DNA of 64,000 bases from Bacteroidetes bacterium GWF2_49_14. Lineage in GTDB: Bacteria > Bacteroidota > Bacteroidia > Bacteroidales > UBA12481. The notes beneath the pieces were generated by a model. The model did not search any database. It was not told where the DNA came from and was given only the letters and a program-made list of their open reading frames with translations. The translations under genes were made by a program, and so were the position numbers. The DNA lies in NCBI GenBank assembly GCA_001769295.1, contig MEOR01000081.1, positions 40,633 through 104,632 on the forward strand, written 5' to 3'. Shown piece by piece: positions 8,477 through 17,144 of the stretch; the first letter of the stretch is position 1, and the number at the start of each line of letters is the position of its first letter.

Positions 8477-10213
8477 TTATCGGGTAGCATCGGTTATTCT
8501 GGCCAGGCGCTTTCCATCCCGGTAAGCCACGATAAATGCCGACCAGATTTTCGTCCTCTGTATGAAACCATCACGGAATCTGACCGCCTCATCATAAGTT
8601 CTGTAAGATCCTACAGTATACTTATACCAGCCGTCAATGAACTCCTCCTGAATGTTTTCTGAGATTCCATATTTTGCAGCCAGATGAGTCCCTGCCTGCG
8701 ACCGGTCACGGAATGCACCGCACTGAACCCTGTATTCAACACCTGCAATCGCCTGAGACTGCCGAATATTTGCAGCCACACCGGATGAAATAGTCCCGGA
8801 CTTCGGACTGTTGTCTCCGTATTGTTTGAGCAACTGGTCTATCCTCTGTTCGTTCGATATATCATTATTAACGTCAGTTTTCCTTACTCTAGAGGGTTCT
8901 CCCTCTCCGATGATTTCCTGAAACCTCCTGTCCATAATATCCTCAGCCCTGTTGTCGACGAAAATGGTTTTGTTAAAGCGGTACGTTGTCAACCCTTCCG
9001 GCTGCTGATATTCCATTCTTCCGGTAATTGTCTGACTTCCGGAAAGGGCGTCCCCAGTCTTGACATGATAATTGTAAGTTATTATTGAATCAGCGGGCAT
9101 CTGGTCCCATTCTATGGTAACCGTTTGATTCATAAAACTGAAGGTGCAGTTATCGGATTGTAATTCAAGTGCGGTAAAGCCGTCAGCAAATCGCTGGATC
9201 ACTTTTGCCGGACCTTTGTAATTTCCCTTATTAATCTTGATTTTAACTTCGAAATTCCTTCCGGTCTGGATGGTTTCGGGAACTTCACAATCCACATACG
9301 CTTTCACCTGGGCAAAGTCGTAATTAAATGCCTGGACGGGCTGTTTAACCGGTTCCTCAATGGTTTTCCCGGTGCGGGTCTTTTGTTGTTCCTTTTGTTG
9401 TGATGTTTCCCTTTTTGTAACCGGTTGAGTGCTGCTTTCGGTCCCTGTCCTGGTTTTTGTCCTCGGGTTGGCAGTCAAATCCGTATTGGCGTTTTTCGAA
9501 CTGCCTTGAATGGTATATCTGATTCCAAGACTGGTAAGTGAGTAATAATCATTTAAACTTGTCGAGCCCTTAAGACAGTCGAGAAGGTCAGTATTTGTAA
9601 GACGAGCAGAGTGCTCGAGCTCAAACTGTAGATTTGGCATAACTCTGTACGAAAGTCCAAGTGTAATTGGAACGGACATTGCAGTTTGCTGCGGGGATTT
9701 GGTTGCTCCGTCGGTTTTATAGCCGAACGTGGGAAGAATGACCTGATTGGTTGACCAGAATCGTCGGACTGACCTGAATCCAATGGTTGATATCCCGACT
9801 GAAACATAGGGTGAAAACTTGAAAGTTCTGGATTTAATCATGTGAATCGGGTCAAGCCGAAGTGATAATCCAAAATCAGTCAGGGTTCCCATAAAATAGG
9901 TTGATGCCAACTGATTATCAGCAACTTCATATACGCTGTACAGACTCCCGGTAAGGAATTGTGCCTGAATACCTAAAACCGGGCTGAATTGTTTGATAAT
10001 GGCGATGCCGATCCCGAATTTCGAAGCCTGGCCTATTTTAATAATCGGGTTAAAATCATTCTGGCTCATGTCACCGTAAAAGGAGAGGGCCCCGGGACTT
10101 AGTTTCAGTGATAATCCCTGTGGGTTAACAGGCTCCTGGGCAGAAATATCGGGAAACGCCAGAGTAACTGTCAGGGTTGTTAAAAATAATATAATGCGAA
10201 GATTTCGTTTCAT
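8477..10213 (-). CDS. Outer-membrane beta-barrel / SPOR domain protein
   Basis: 578 aa. Signal peptide MKRNLRIILFLTTLTVTLAFPDISAQ, then about 230 aa with alternating beta-strand OMP character. A T/Q/K-rich linker follows. The C-terminal YRVQCGAFRDRSQAGTHLAAKYGISENIQEEFIDGWYKYTVGSYRTYDEAVRFRD matches the SPOR pattern. Confidence 0.6.
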   Translation of the reverse strand: MKRNLRIILFLTTLTVTLAFPDISAQEPVNPQGLSLKLSPGALSFYGDMSQNDFNPIIKIGQASKFGIGIAIIKQFSPVLGIQAQFLTGSLYSVYEVADNQLASTYFMGTLTDFGLSLRLDPIHMIKSRTFKFSPYVSVGISTIGFRSVRRFWSTNQVILPTFGYKTDGATKSPQQTAMSVPITLGLSYRVMPNLQFELEHSARLTNTDLLDCLKGSTSLNDYYSLTSLGIRYTIQGSSKNANTDLTANPRTKTRTGTESSTQPVTKRETSQQKEQQKTRTGKTIEEPVKQPVQAFNYDFAQVKAYVDCEVPETIQTGRNFEVKIKINKGNYKGPAKVIQRFADGFTALELQSDNCTFSFMNQTVTIEWDQMPADSIITYNYHVKTGDALSGSQTITGRMEYQQPEGLTTYRFNKTIFVDNRAEDIMDRRFQEIIGEGEPSRVRKTDVNNDISNEQRIDQLLKQYGDNSPKSGTISSGVAANIRQSQAIAGVEYRVQCGAFRDRSQAGTHLAAKYGISENIQEEFIDGWYKYTVGSYRTYDEAVRFRDGFIQRTKIWSAFIVAYRDGKRLARITDATR

Positions 10214-10386
10214 GATTATCAGTCTTGGTAAAAACCTCTTAACTATAAAATGCCCAGTTTATGAAATCGAGAATAAAAGTACGAATTGAATCATGTTTGA
10301 CCGCACTGCCTTATGTCCATTAAACGAATCTTTTATAAACTTTTTTATCAACATAATTGTTTGGTAAGGTAAACATTTAACGTAAA

Positions 10387-10935
10387 ATGAAAAGAATAAT
10401 TGTTTTAGCCTTTTGTGCTTTAACCTTCTTTGGTTCCGATGCGCAGGACCGGAAACCGGCTGGTTTTTATGACTTTGTGGTTAAGGATATTGACGGTAAG
10501 GAATTCAAGTTCAGAGAGCTTAAAGGTAAGAAGGTGATGGTAGTCAATACGGCTTCAAAGTGTGGGTATACCCCGCAATATGAGCAATTGCAGGAATTAT
10601 ATACCCAATTCGGGAGAGAAAAGTTTGTTATCATTGGCTTTCCTGCTAACAACTTCAAGGGCCAGGAACCTGGTTCCAATGAGCAGATAAGGGAATTCTG
10701 CACGTCAGAATTCAATGTAACTTTTCCTATGATGAGCAAGATATCAGTAAAGGGTGATGACATGGATCCGCTTTATCAGTGGTTGACTCGCAAAGAACTG
10801 AATGGTGTACTCGATTCTGAGGTTAAATGGAATTTCCAGAAATACCTGGTGGATGAAAAAGGGGCGCTTGTCAGGGTCATTCCTTCCAAGGAGAGCCCGA
10901 TGAGTGAGGAAATCGTGGGATGGATTACTAAGTAA
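10387..10935 (+). CDS. gpx: Glutathione peroxidase
   Basis: 182 aa. VVNTASKCGYTPQYEQLQELY and GFPANNFKGQEPGSNEQIREFC are canonical GPx motifs (Cys type). Signal peptide present. Confidence 0.9.
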   Translation: MKRIIVLAFCALTFFGSDAQDRKPAGFYDFVVKDIDGKEFKFRELKGKKVMVVNTASKCGYTPQYEQLQELYTQFGREKFVIIGFPANNFKGQEPGSNEQIREFCTSEFNVTFPMMSKISVKGDDMDPLYQWLTRKELNGVLDSEVKWNFQKYLVDEKGALVRVIPSKESPMSEEIVGWITK

Positions 10936-10962
10936 AACCTGCAGGATTTTTAAAAAGTTATG

Positions 10963-10996
10963 CAAAGCTTGCCATTGGCAGGCTTTGTTTATTTTT
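10963..10996 (+). terminator. Rho-independent terminator after gpx
   Basis: Stem caaagcttgcc (10963..10973), loop att, stem ggcaggctttg (10977..10987, one G-U pair), followed by tttattttt. Confidence 0.6.
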
Positions 10997-12302
10997 GCCC
11001 CTTTCAACAAATCCTGTGAAAGAAATTCTGAAAAATCTTAACCCCGATGAGCGAAAGGCTTTTGTCCTCCATATGGTTTATTCCATCATTGAGGGCATCA
11101 TTTTGGGCATCCTCGCGCTTAATGAGTTTGTTCTGATAAAGAGCTTAAAGGGAACCGATTTTCAGATTGGAATCTTATTCCAGTTTTCTTCCGTTTTGCT
11201 GATCTTTTCTATCCTGTTTAACGAGTGGATCAAACGCACAGCGGATAAGGCGAAGTTAATCCGGATCGTGGCATGGGTAACCCGGTTGCCGCTGTTCATC
11301 CTTATTTTTTTCCCCAGAACCGTTGAAGAAATAGCCGGAAATTCGGTTTACGGTTCTCTTTTTCTTCTTTTATTTCTTCTTTTTTATCTGGCAAATCCAA
11401 TTATTTACCCGATAATCAACCTTCTTCTCAAGAATAATTACCGGCATGAGCATTTTGGTCCTCTTTACAGCTATGCAACCGGAGTCAATAAACTCGTAAT
11501 GCTTGGTGCCACTTTTCTGTTCGGATTGTGGCTCGATGCCAATCCCTATATTTTCATTTACGTTTACCCTTTCATGGCAGGGCTCGGAATTTTATCCGTT
11601 TATGTGTTGGCTGCCATTCCTTATCACCAGCATGACCTTGATAATTCAGGGCGGCAGGGGATATGGGTATCGGTCCTGGATTCACTAAAGAACATGCTCC
11701 GGATTTTCAGGGAGAACAAGCCATACCGGGATTTCGAAACCGGTTTTGCACTGTATGGCTTTGCCTGGATGACCACAGTAGCGGTTATTACCATTTATTT
11801 TGAAAAGGGGCTTCATCTGAGTTATTCTTCGGTTGCGTTTTACAAAAACGCCTACAATCTTCTTTCAATCCTGATGTTCCCGTTCTTCGGCAAGTTGATC
11901 GGAACAATCGATCCAAGGAAATTCGGAGTCTATACTTTTCTTTCCCTGTTTTTATATTTCCTTTTTCTGATGCTGACTCAGGTGTTTTCCGGCAATACGG
12001 TTATTCTGGGAGTAACCATTTATTATACACTTATCCCCGCTTATTTGTCGCATGCCGTTTTCGCTGCAACCATGGGATTGCTATGGTATATAGGATCTGC
12101 CTATTTCAGTAAAAATCAGGAAGCGGCAGAATATCAGTCCATTCACTTGACCATGACCGGAATCCGGGCACTTTACGGACCTATTCTGGGTGTATTGTTT
12201 TATCGCTGGTTCGGCTTAACCTTTACTTTTATTTTTGCCATGGTTGCCTTACTCGCAGCAATGGCGGTTATGTCCGTGAGCATTCGTAAGCATCCGGCTT
12301 AG
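10995..12302 (+). CDS. MFS transporter
   Basis: 435-aa ORF with about 12 hydrophobic segments. The TTG start at 10995 lies inside the gpx terminator T-tract, so the true start is more likely GTG 11016 (xKEILKNLNPDERKAF) or ATG 11073. Confidence 0.6.
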   Translation: MPLSTNPVKEILKNLNPDERKAFVLHMVYSIIEGIILGILALNEFVLIKSLKGTDFQIGILFQFSSVLLIFSILFNEWIKRTADKAKLIRIVAWVTRLPLFILIFFPRTVEEIAGNSVYGSLFLLLFLLFYLANPIIYPIINLLLKNNYRHEHFGPLYSYATGVNKLVMLGATFLFGLWLDANPYIFIYVYPFMAGLGILSVYVLAAIPYHQHDLDNSGRQGIWVSVLDSLKNMLRIFRENKPYRDFETGFALYGFAWMTTVAVITIYFEKGLHLSYSSVAFYKNAYNLLSILMFPFFGKLIGTIDPRKFGVYTFLSLFLYFLFLMLTQVFSGNTVILGVTIYYTLIPAYLSHAVFAATMGLLWYIGSAYFSKNQEAAEYQSIHLTMTGIRALYGPILGVLFYRWFGLTFTFIFAMVALLAAMAVMSVSIRKHPA

Positions 12303-12350
12303 GCTCGGTCTGACCGATTTTAGTAATTTAGACGGATTAACATTTTGTAT

Positions 12351-13946
12351 ATGAAAACAGGTTACAGATTCTTTCCCCTGATGTTGGTTTGTGTCTCGAT
12401 ATCGGTGTTGAACTCTCAGGGTCAGTCTTTTGCTGATTGGGTATCAGGCTTTCCTGACGGTTGCACTTCCGTAACGGCAGGCCGATTGGCAACCTTTGAC
12501 GGATCGGTTGTGACCTCTCACACGGATGATAGTCACCGCACGCGTTCATCTGTAACCATAGTTCCCGGCACGGATCACCCGCGCGGATCCTATACGGAAA
12601 TGCACCGGCGTATTAACGATGATACGAAGGCAATGCCTTCCTATGCATTCCAGAAGACCGGTGAAATACCGCAGGTTTCGAGAACCTACGGGTTTATCAA
12701 TTCAGCCTACCCCTGCATGAATGAAGCCCAGCTTGGCATCGGTGAATCTACTTTCGGTGGACGGCCTGAACTGCGTTCAGATGCGGGCTTGATTGATTGT
12801 CAGGATTTGATACGACTGATGCTCGAAAGATGTAAAACAGTAAGGGAGGCTTTGGAACTAACAGGCGCACTGCTCAAACAGTACGGATGGAACGATGCCG
12901 GTGAGTGCCTGACGATTGCCGATAAAAATGAGGTTTGGCATCTTGAAATCGTCGGACCCGGAAAAGGCGAGATCGGTGCCGTCTGGGTTGCACAGCGGGT
13001 TCCCGACGACCATGTATCAGTAAATGCCAATGCCAGCACCATAAAGGAAATAAACTTGTCGGACGGGGACTATTTCAAGGCATCTGAGAATGTTTTTGAC
13101 GTGGCCAGAAAATATGGTTGGTGGAAGGAGGGTGAATCTTTCCGGTTTTGCTATGCATATGCTCCTGAAAGCCGGACAAGCTTTGCTTCACGTCGACGCG
13201 AGTGGAGGGTATTCAATCTTCTGGCCCCGGGCCTAAAACTCGATCCCAACTCTGAAAACTTTCCGTTCTCGGTAAAACCAGATAAACTGGTAACCCTGGA
13301 AGATCTGATCACCGTTTTCAAGGATTACTATGAAGGAACGGAGTTTAATTTTGTTAAGGATATAACGGTTACCGATGAGCAGGGTAAAACGATACTATCA
13401 CCGATGGCCAATCCTTTCATGCCTTATGACATGAATAAAATATTTAAGATAAATGGAGGATGGGGATGGATGGGGGAGAGAACCATTGCAAGGTGGTATA
13501 CCATGTACGCAACGATTATCCAGTGCCGGAGCTGGCTACCCGACGATGTTGGGGGACTGGTCTGGTTTGCCCAGGACAATGTTGCTACCTCGGTTTACAT
13601 ACCCGTTTTTTGCAGTGTTACGGATTTACCCCAAACCTATAAAGTGGACGGAAGGGAAACCGGATTCTCAGATGAATCAGCCTGGTGGGCGTTTAATCGT
13701 CTTAGCACCCTGACTGCACAGCGGTGGGGGGATATGAGAAAAGATGTTGATGCAGTATGGGATCCCCTTCAGAAGGATATTATAAGCAGAACCACCGAAA
13801 TCGAGAAACAGGTTTCGGGTATTCAGGATGCCGCAGACCGGCGCTCATTGTTGACCGAATTTACGATAAACTGGGGCAATGAAGTTGTCAGAAAAGCATG
13901 GAAACTTGGTGATCTCTTGTGGACAAAGTATGACGAGAAGTTTTAA
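12351..13946 (+). CDS. C69-family dipeptidase (secreted)
   Basis: ORF 12345..13946, ATG at 12351. Signal peptide, then the catalytic N-terminal Cys context GCTSVTAGRLATFDGSVVTSHTDD typical of peptidase C69. Confidence 0.8.
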   Translation: MKTGYRFFPLMLVCVSISVLNSQGQSFADWVSGFPDGCTSVTAGRLATFDGSVVTSHTDDSHRTRSSVTIVPGTDHPRGSYTEMHRRINDDTKAMPSYAFQKTGEIPQVSRTYGFINSAYPCMNEAQLGIGESTFGGRPELRSDAGLIDCQDLIRLMLERCKTVREALELTGALLKQYGWNDAGECLTIADKNEVWHLEIVGPGKGEIGAVWVAQRVPDDHVSVNANASTIKEINLSDGDYFKASENVFDVARKYGWWKEGESFRFCYAYAPESRTSFASRRREWRVFNLLAPGLKLDPNSENFPFSVKPDKLVTLEDLITVFKDYYEGTEFNFVKDITVTDEQGKTILSPMANPFMPYDMNKIFKINGGWGWMGERTIARWYTMYATIIQCRSWLPDDVGGLVWFAQDNVATSVYIPVFCSVTDLPQTYKVDGRETGFSDESAWWAFNRLSTLTAQRWGDMRKDVDAVWDPLQKDIISRTTEIEKQVSGIQDAADRRSLLTEFTINWGNEVVRKAWKLGDLLWTKYDEKF

Positions 13947-13955
13947 TTGATCATA

Positions 13956-14966
13956 ATGGCAAAGTACAAGAAACTAATTCTTAACATTTTAAAGTACCTC
14001 CTCTTTTTAAGTGTGGGCATCGGCCTCTTTCTATGGGTGTACCGCGACCAGGATATGAATTCACTATGGGCCGGCCTGTCAGAATTTCATTACGGCTGGA
14101 TAATTGCATCGCTCGGCATAGCCCTCCTCAGTCATTTCCTTAGGGCACTTCGCTGGAGAATGCTTCTTGATTCAATAGGATACAAACCGGGAGTCCTGAA
14201 CGTTTTTTTATCTATCCTGGTTATGTATCTGGCTAATTTTGCAGCTCCGAGAATGGGTGAAGTCACGCGGTGCGGGATCCTGACCCGATATGAAAAAATT
14301 CCCTTTACCGCCCAGTTAGGGACAGTGGTTATAGAACGGATGGTTGACGTTGTTATCCTGCTCCTGATAATCATTTGCGTATTGTTATTTGACTGGAATG
14401 TTCTTACGGATTATCTGAGTGATAAAATGAGTGTCCGGGATTCCGGAAAGTACTCATTCCTGACATCCTGGTGGTTTTTATCAGTAGCTGGCCTCTTTGT
14501 TTTCCTTGGAATTCTTGCGGTTGTCTTTCGGAGGACACTCCTGAAAGCAAGCATAACCAGGAAAATAGTGTCGTATTTTGAAAAATTCGTCGAAGGACTT
14601 AAATCAATTTTGCACTTGAAAAAGCCGCTGATTTTCATCCTTCTTACCATTGGAATCTACGCCTGCTATTTCATGATGACCTGGTTTGTGATGATTGCCT
14701 TTACTCCAACCATGCACCTTTCACCGTTCGTGGCTCTTGCGGTGCTTGCCATGGGTAGCGTCGGAATGGTCATTCCATCCCTGGGGGGGATTGGTACCTA
14801 CCACAGTTTTGTTGTTGCCACCCTGAAATTATACGGCACTTCAGCATACAACAGCACCTTACTGGCTTTTGTCCTTCATGGTTCAACATCCGTTTTTCTG
14901 ATTTTTATCGGAGCAATTGCCCTGATTATTCTGCCGGTTGTGAATCCGTCAAGGAAACTGTTTTAA
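13956..14966 (+). CDS. Lysylphosphatidylglycerol-synthase-TM / flippase-like (UPF0104) membrane protein
   Basis: ORF 13947..14966 (ATG at 13956). Polytopic membrane protein. LLSHFLRALRWRMLL and AAPRMGEVTRCGIL are typical of this family. Confidence 0.6.
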   Translation: MAKYKKLILNILKYLLFLSVGIGLFLWVYRDQDMNSLWAGLSEFHYGWIIASLGIALLSHFLRALRWRMLLDSIGYKPGVLNVFLSILVMYLANFAAPRMGEVTRCGILTRYEKIPFTAQLGTVVIERMVDVVILLLIIICVLLFDWNVLTDYLSDKMSVRDSGKYSFLTSWWFLSVAGLFVFLGILAVVFRRTLLKASITRKIVSYFEKFVEGLKSILHLKKPLIFILLTIGIYACYFMMTWFVMIAFTPTMHLSPFVALAVLAMGSVGMVIPSLGGIGTYHSFVVATLKLYGTSAYNSTLLAFVLHGSTSVFLIFIGAIALIILPVVNPSRKLF

Positions 14967-15059
14967 TTATTTTTACAATTTAAAGAGCTTTTCTCTGAAC
15001 CTATCTGCTTCTTCGTTGTCTAATCACTGTAAATAATTGATTCACGATCGATTCCACTT

Positions 15060-15947
15060 ATGAATGTCCAGCGCTACAGTATCAGTGATCTTGAAAAACT
15101 CACGGGAATAAAGGCTCATACCATAAGGGTATGGGAGAAGCGCTATGGAATCATAAGTCCGGAAAGGACCGATACAAATATCCGCTTCTATTCAGTCAGT
15201 GACCTTCACCGGCTCCTGAACATCAGCTTTCTAAACCGGAACGGGTTTAAAATCTCGTTGATTTCGGGCATGAACGACCGGGAAATTGATCAGGAGGTTT
15301 CAAGAATAAGTGAAAAGCCCGGTGCCGATGAGGGTTTTGTACCTGATTTGATAACCGCCGTCAGCAACCTTGATGAAGACTTGTTTGAAAGGGTGCTTAA
15401 TACCTCCATCCTCAAACTTGGTTTTGAGTCGGCTTTTCAGGAAGTTGTTTTTCCATTGCTGGAGAAGGTTTTACTGATGTGGCAACTGGGACGGATAAAC
15501 GCTTGCCAGGAGCGTTTTGTCAATAATCTGGTACGACATAAACTGGTTGTTGCCATAGATGGGTTAGTCGGTCAGAATGAAATCAGCAAAAAAAACTTTC
15601 TCCTCTTTCTTCCGTCAGGGCATTATGATGAAATTCAGCTTCTATTTGCCAATTATATTCTCCGGAAGTTGGGCGATCATGTAATTTACCTGGGACCCTC
15701 GATCCCGCTGGATCATTTGAGATCCCTTAACGGGAAAACAACTATCGATTATCTGGTTGTCAGCATTAATCCAGGCTTTCCGGAAAAGGAATTTGAAAAG
15801 TATTGTCAACAGTTGACCGAGATTTTCCCACAAAGTCTGATTGGGGTCATCACCCCGCCGGTTGAATACAATGTTCCGATTTCCAGTAAGGTACGCCTTA
15901 TATGCTCCTCCAAGGGGTTTCATCAAGTCCTGGAGTCTTTCTCCTGA
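15060..15947 (+). CDS. MerR-family transcriptional regulator with B12-binding-like C-terminal domain
   Basis: 295 aa. YSISDLEKLTGIKAHTIRVWEKRYGIISPERTDTNIRFYSVSDL is a MerR HTH. The C-terminal ~130 aa has a Rossmann-like B12-binding-domain pattern (FLLFLPSGHYDEIQLLFANYILRKLGDHVIYLG). Confidence 0.7.
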   Translation: MNVQRYSISDLEKLTGIKAHTIRVWEKRYGIISPERTDTNIRFYSVSDLHRLLNISFLNRNGFKISLISGMNDREIDQEVSRISEKPGADEGFVPDLITAVSNLDEDLFERVLNTSILKLGFESAFQEVVFPLLEKVLLMWQLGRINACQERFVNNLVRHKLVVAIDGLVGQNEISKKNFLLFLPSGHYDEIQLLFANYILRKLGDHVIYLGPSIPLDHLRSLNGKTTIDYLVVSINPGFPEKEFEKYCQQLTEIFPQSLIGVITPPVEYNVPISSKVRLICSSKGFHQVLESFS

Positions 15948-16071
15948 TCCTTATTTAGATAAAATTTAGCCTGATTTTTATAATCAGCAGATTGTCAATT
16001 TGATGATCATGCAACTTATTTAGAGAGTTAGCCAGATTGTGTGGTTTTGTTCAAGCAATAGTTAAACAAGA

Positions 16072-16103
16072 TTTGTATTTTTTACACTAAGTGAATATCT
16101 TTG
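16072..16103 (+). promoter_or_regulatory. Candidate Bacteroidota primary-sigma promoter (-33 TTTG / -7 TAnnTTTG) for the ECF sigma gene
   Basis: TTTG at 16072..16075, a 20-nt spacer, then TATCTTTG at 16096..16103, about 40 nt upstream of ATG 16144. Confidence 0.4.
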
Positions 16104-16143
16104 TCTAAGAAATACAAACCAAAAGATTAACAAAACATACGCT

Positions 16144-16647
16144 ATGACAGCACTTGAATTCAACCACCAACTCATGGTTCTTCAGCCAAAACTTGGTTTT
16201 TTCGCAAAGAGTCTGACTGCTGATCCGGAAGATGCAAAAGACCTTATGCAGGAGACTATTTTCAAGGCGCTTACCAATCGTGACAAATTCCAGGGAGATA
16301 AAAACCTGAAAGCATGGGTGTTTACAATTATGAAAAACACTTTTATCAATAATTATCGAAGGAGTGTCAGGTCAAACACTTTGATCGATTCAACGGATAA
16401 TTCTTATTATTTGAATCTGGGGACAGAATCAGTTTTTCAGACCCCGGAAGCCGCGCATAATGAAAAGGAGATTCGCAACGCCATTAGCGAACTGCCAGAA
16501 GATTACAGAATTCCATTTGAAATGCATACAAAAGGGTATAAGTACAAAGAGATTGCGGAGTACCTTGATCAACCCCTCGGTTCGGTTAAGAGCAAGATTT
16601 TCTTTGCCAGGCGAAGACTTATGGAGCGCCTGAAGGATTTCAGGTAA
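16144..16647 (+). CDS. RNA polymerase sigma-70 factor, ECF subfamily
   Basis: 167 aa. Region 2 (DAKDLMQETIFKAL...LKAWVFTIMKNTFINNYRR) and region 4 (LPEDYRIPFEMHTKGYKYKEIAEYLDQPLGSVKSKIFFARRRL). Confidence 0.85.
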   Translation: MTALEFNHQLMVLQPKLGFFAKSLTADPEDAKDLMQETIFKALTNRDKFQGDKNLKAWVFTIMKNTFINNYRRSVRSNTLIDSTDNSYYLNLGTESVFQTPEAAHNEKEIRNAISELPEDYRIPFEMHTKGYKYKEIAEYLDQPLGSVKSKIFFARRRLMERLKDFR

Positions 16648-16653
16648 CAATGC

Positions 16654-16678
16654 AAGCCGGTTTAACCGGCTTTTTTTT
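16654..16678 (+). terminator. Rho-independent terminator after the ECF sigma gene
   Basis: aagccgg / tttaa / ccggctt hairpin followed by a T-run (16671..16678). Confidence 0.7.
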
Positions 16679-16740
16679 GCTTACCTTTAAACTCTTAACC
16701 TCTATCAAAGTCAAACATCAGAATTTAAAAACCAATTTGT

Positions 16741-17136
16741 ATGAAAAAAACTCTCTGTTTATCAGTCGTCCTTGGGATGTTCCTGGTTATGGGAACTATG
16801 GCCCAGAATCCAAACATGAATCAGCAAGATTTTCAGGCCAGAAGGCAACAGCAGATCGATAACCTTAAAAAGGAATTGACGCTGACCAAGGAGCAGAATA
16901 CAAAATTTGATGCGATTTATAAGGATTTTAATGAGAAATCCGCAGCTGCAATGCAGAATGCCGGAGAAGATCGTGAAGCTATGCGGGCCAAAAGGCAGGA
17001 GCTGACTAAGGATCGTGATGCCAAGATTGAAAAGATCCTGACTCCGGAACAGATTAAGAAATGGAAGGCCTACCAGGAAAAACTAGCTGCTGAACGGGCG
17101 AAAATGCAGCGTGGTGGCGGCGGCGGTCGTAATTAA
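16741..17136 (+). CDS. Periplasmic LTXXQ-motif (Spy/CpxP-like) protein
   Basis: 131 aa. Signal peptide, helical K/E/Q-rich sequence with LTLTKEQ and ILTPEQ (LTXXQ motifs), and a Gly5 tail. Confidence 0.5.
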   Translation: MKKTLCLSVVLGMFLVMGTMAQNPNMNQQDFQARRQQQIDNLKKELTLTKEQNTKFDAIYKDFNEKSAAAMQNAGEDREAMRAKRQELTKDRDAKIEKILTPEQIKKWKAYQEKLAAERAKMQRGGGGGRN

Positions 17137-17144
17137 TCACATAA

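Noticed and set aside
9340-9480. T/G-rich stretch that looks like a DNA-level repeat (ttttgttgttccttttgttgtg...)
   Set aside because: On the coding (minus) strand it encodes a low-complexity T/Q/K/R-rich linker (…KTRTGTESSTQPVTKRETSQQKEQQKTRTGKT…) of the OMP-SPOR protein. It is not an independent repeat element.
16650-16862. 70-aa ORF between the ECF sigma gene and the LTXXQ gene, considered as a possible anti-sigma factor
   Set aside because: It starts inside the sigma gene's terminator hairpin and overlaps the signal-peptide-bearing LTXXQ ORF in another frame. It has no TM or anti-sigma features.
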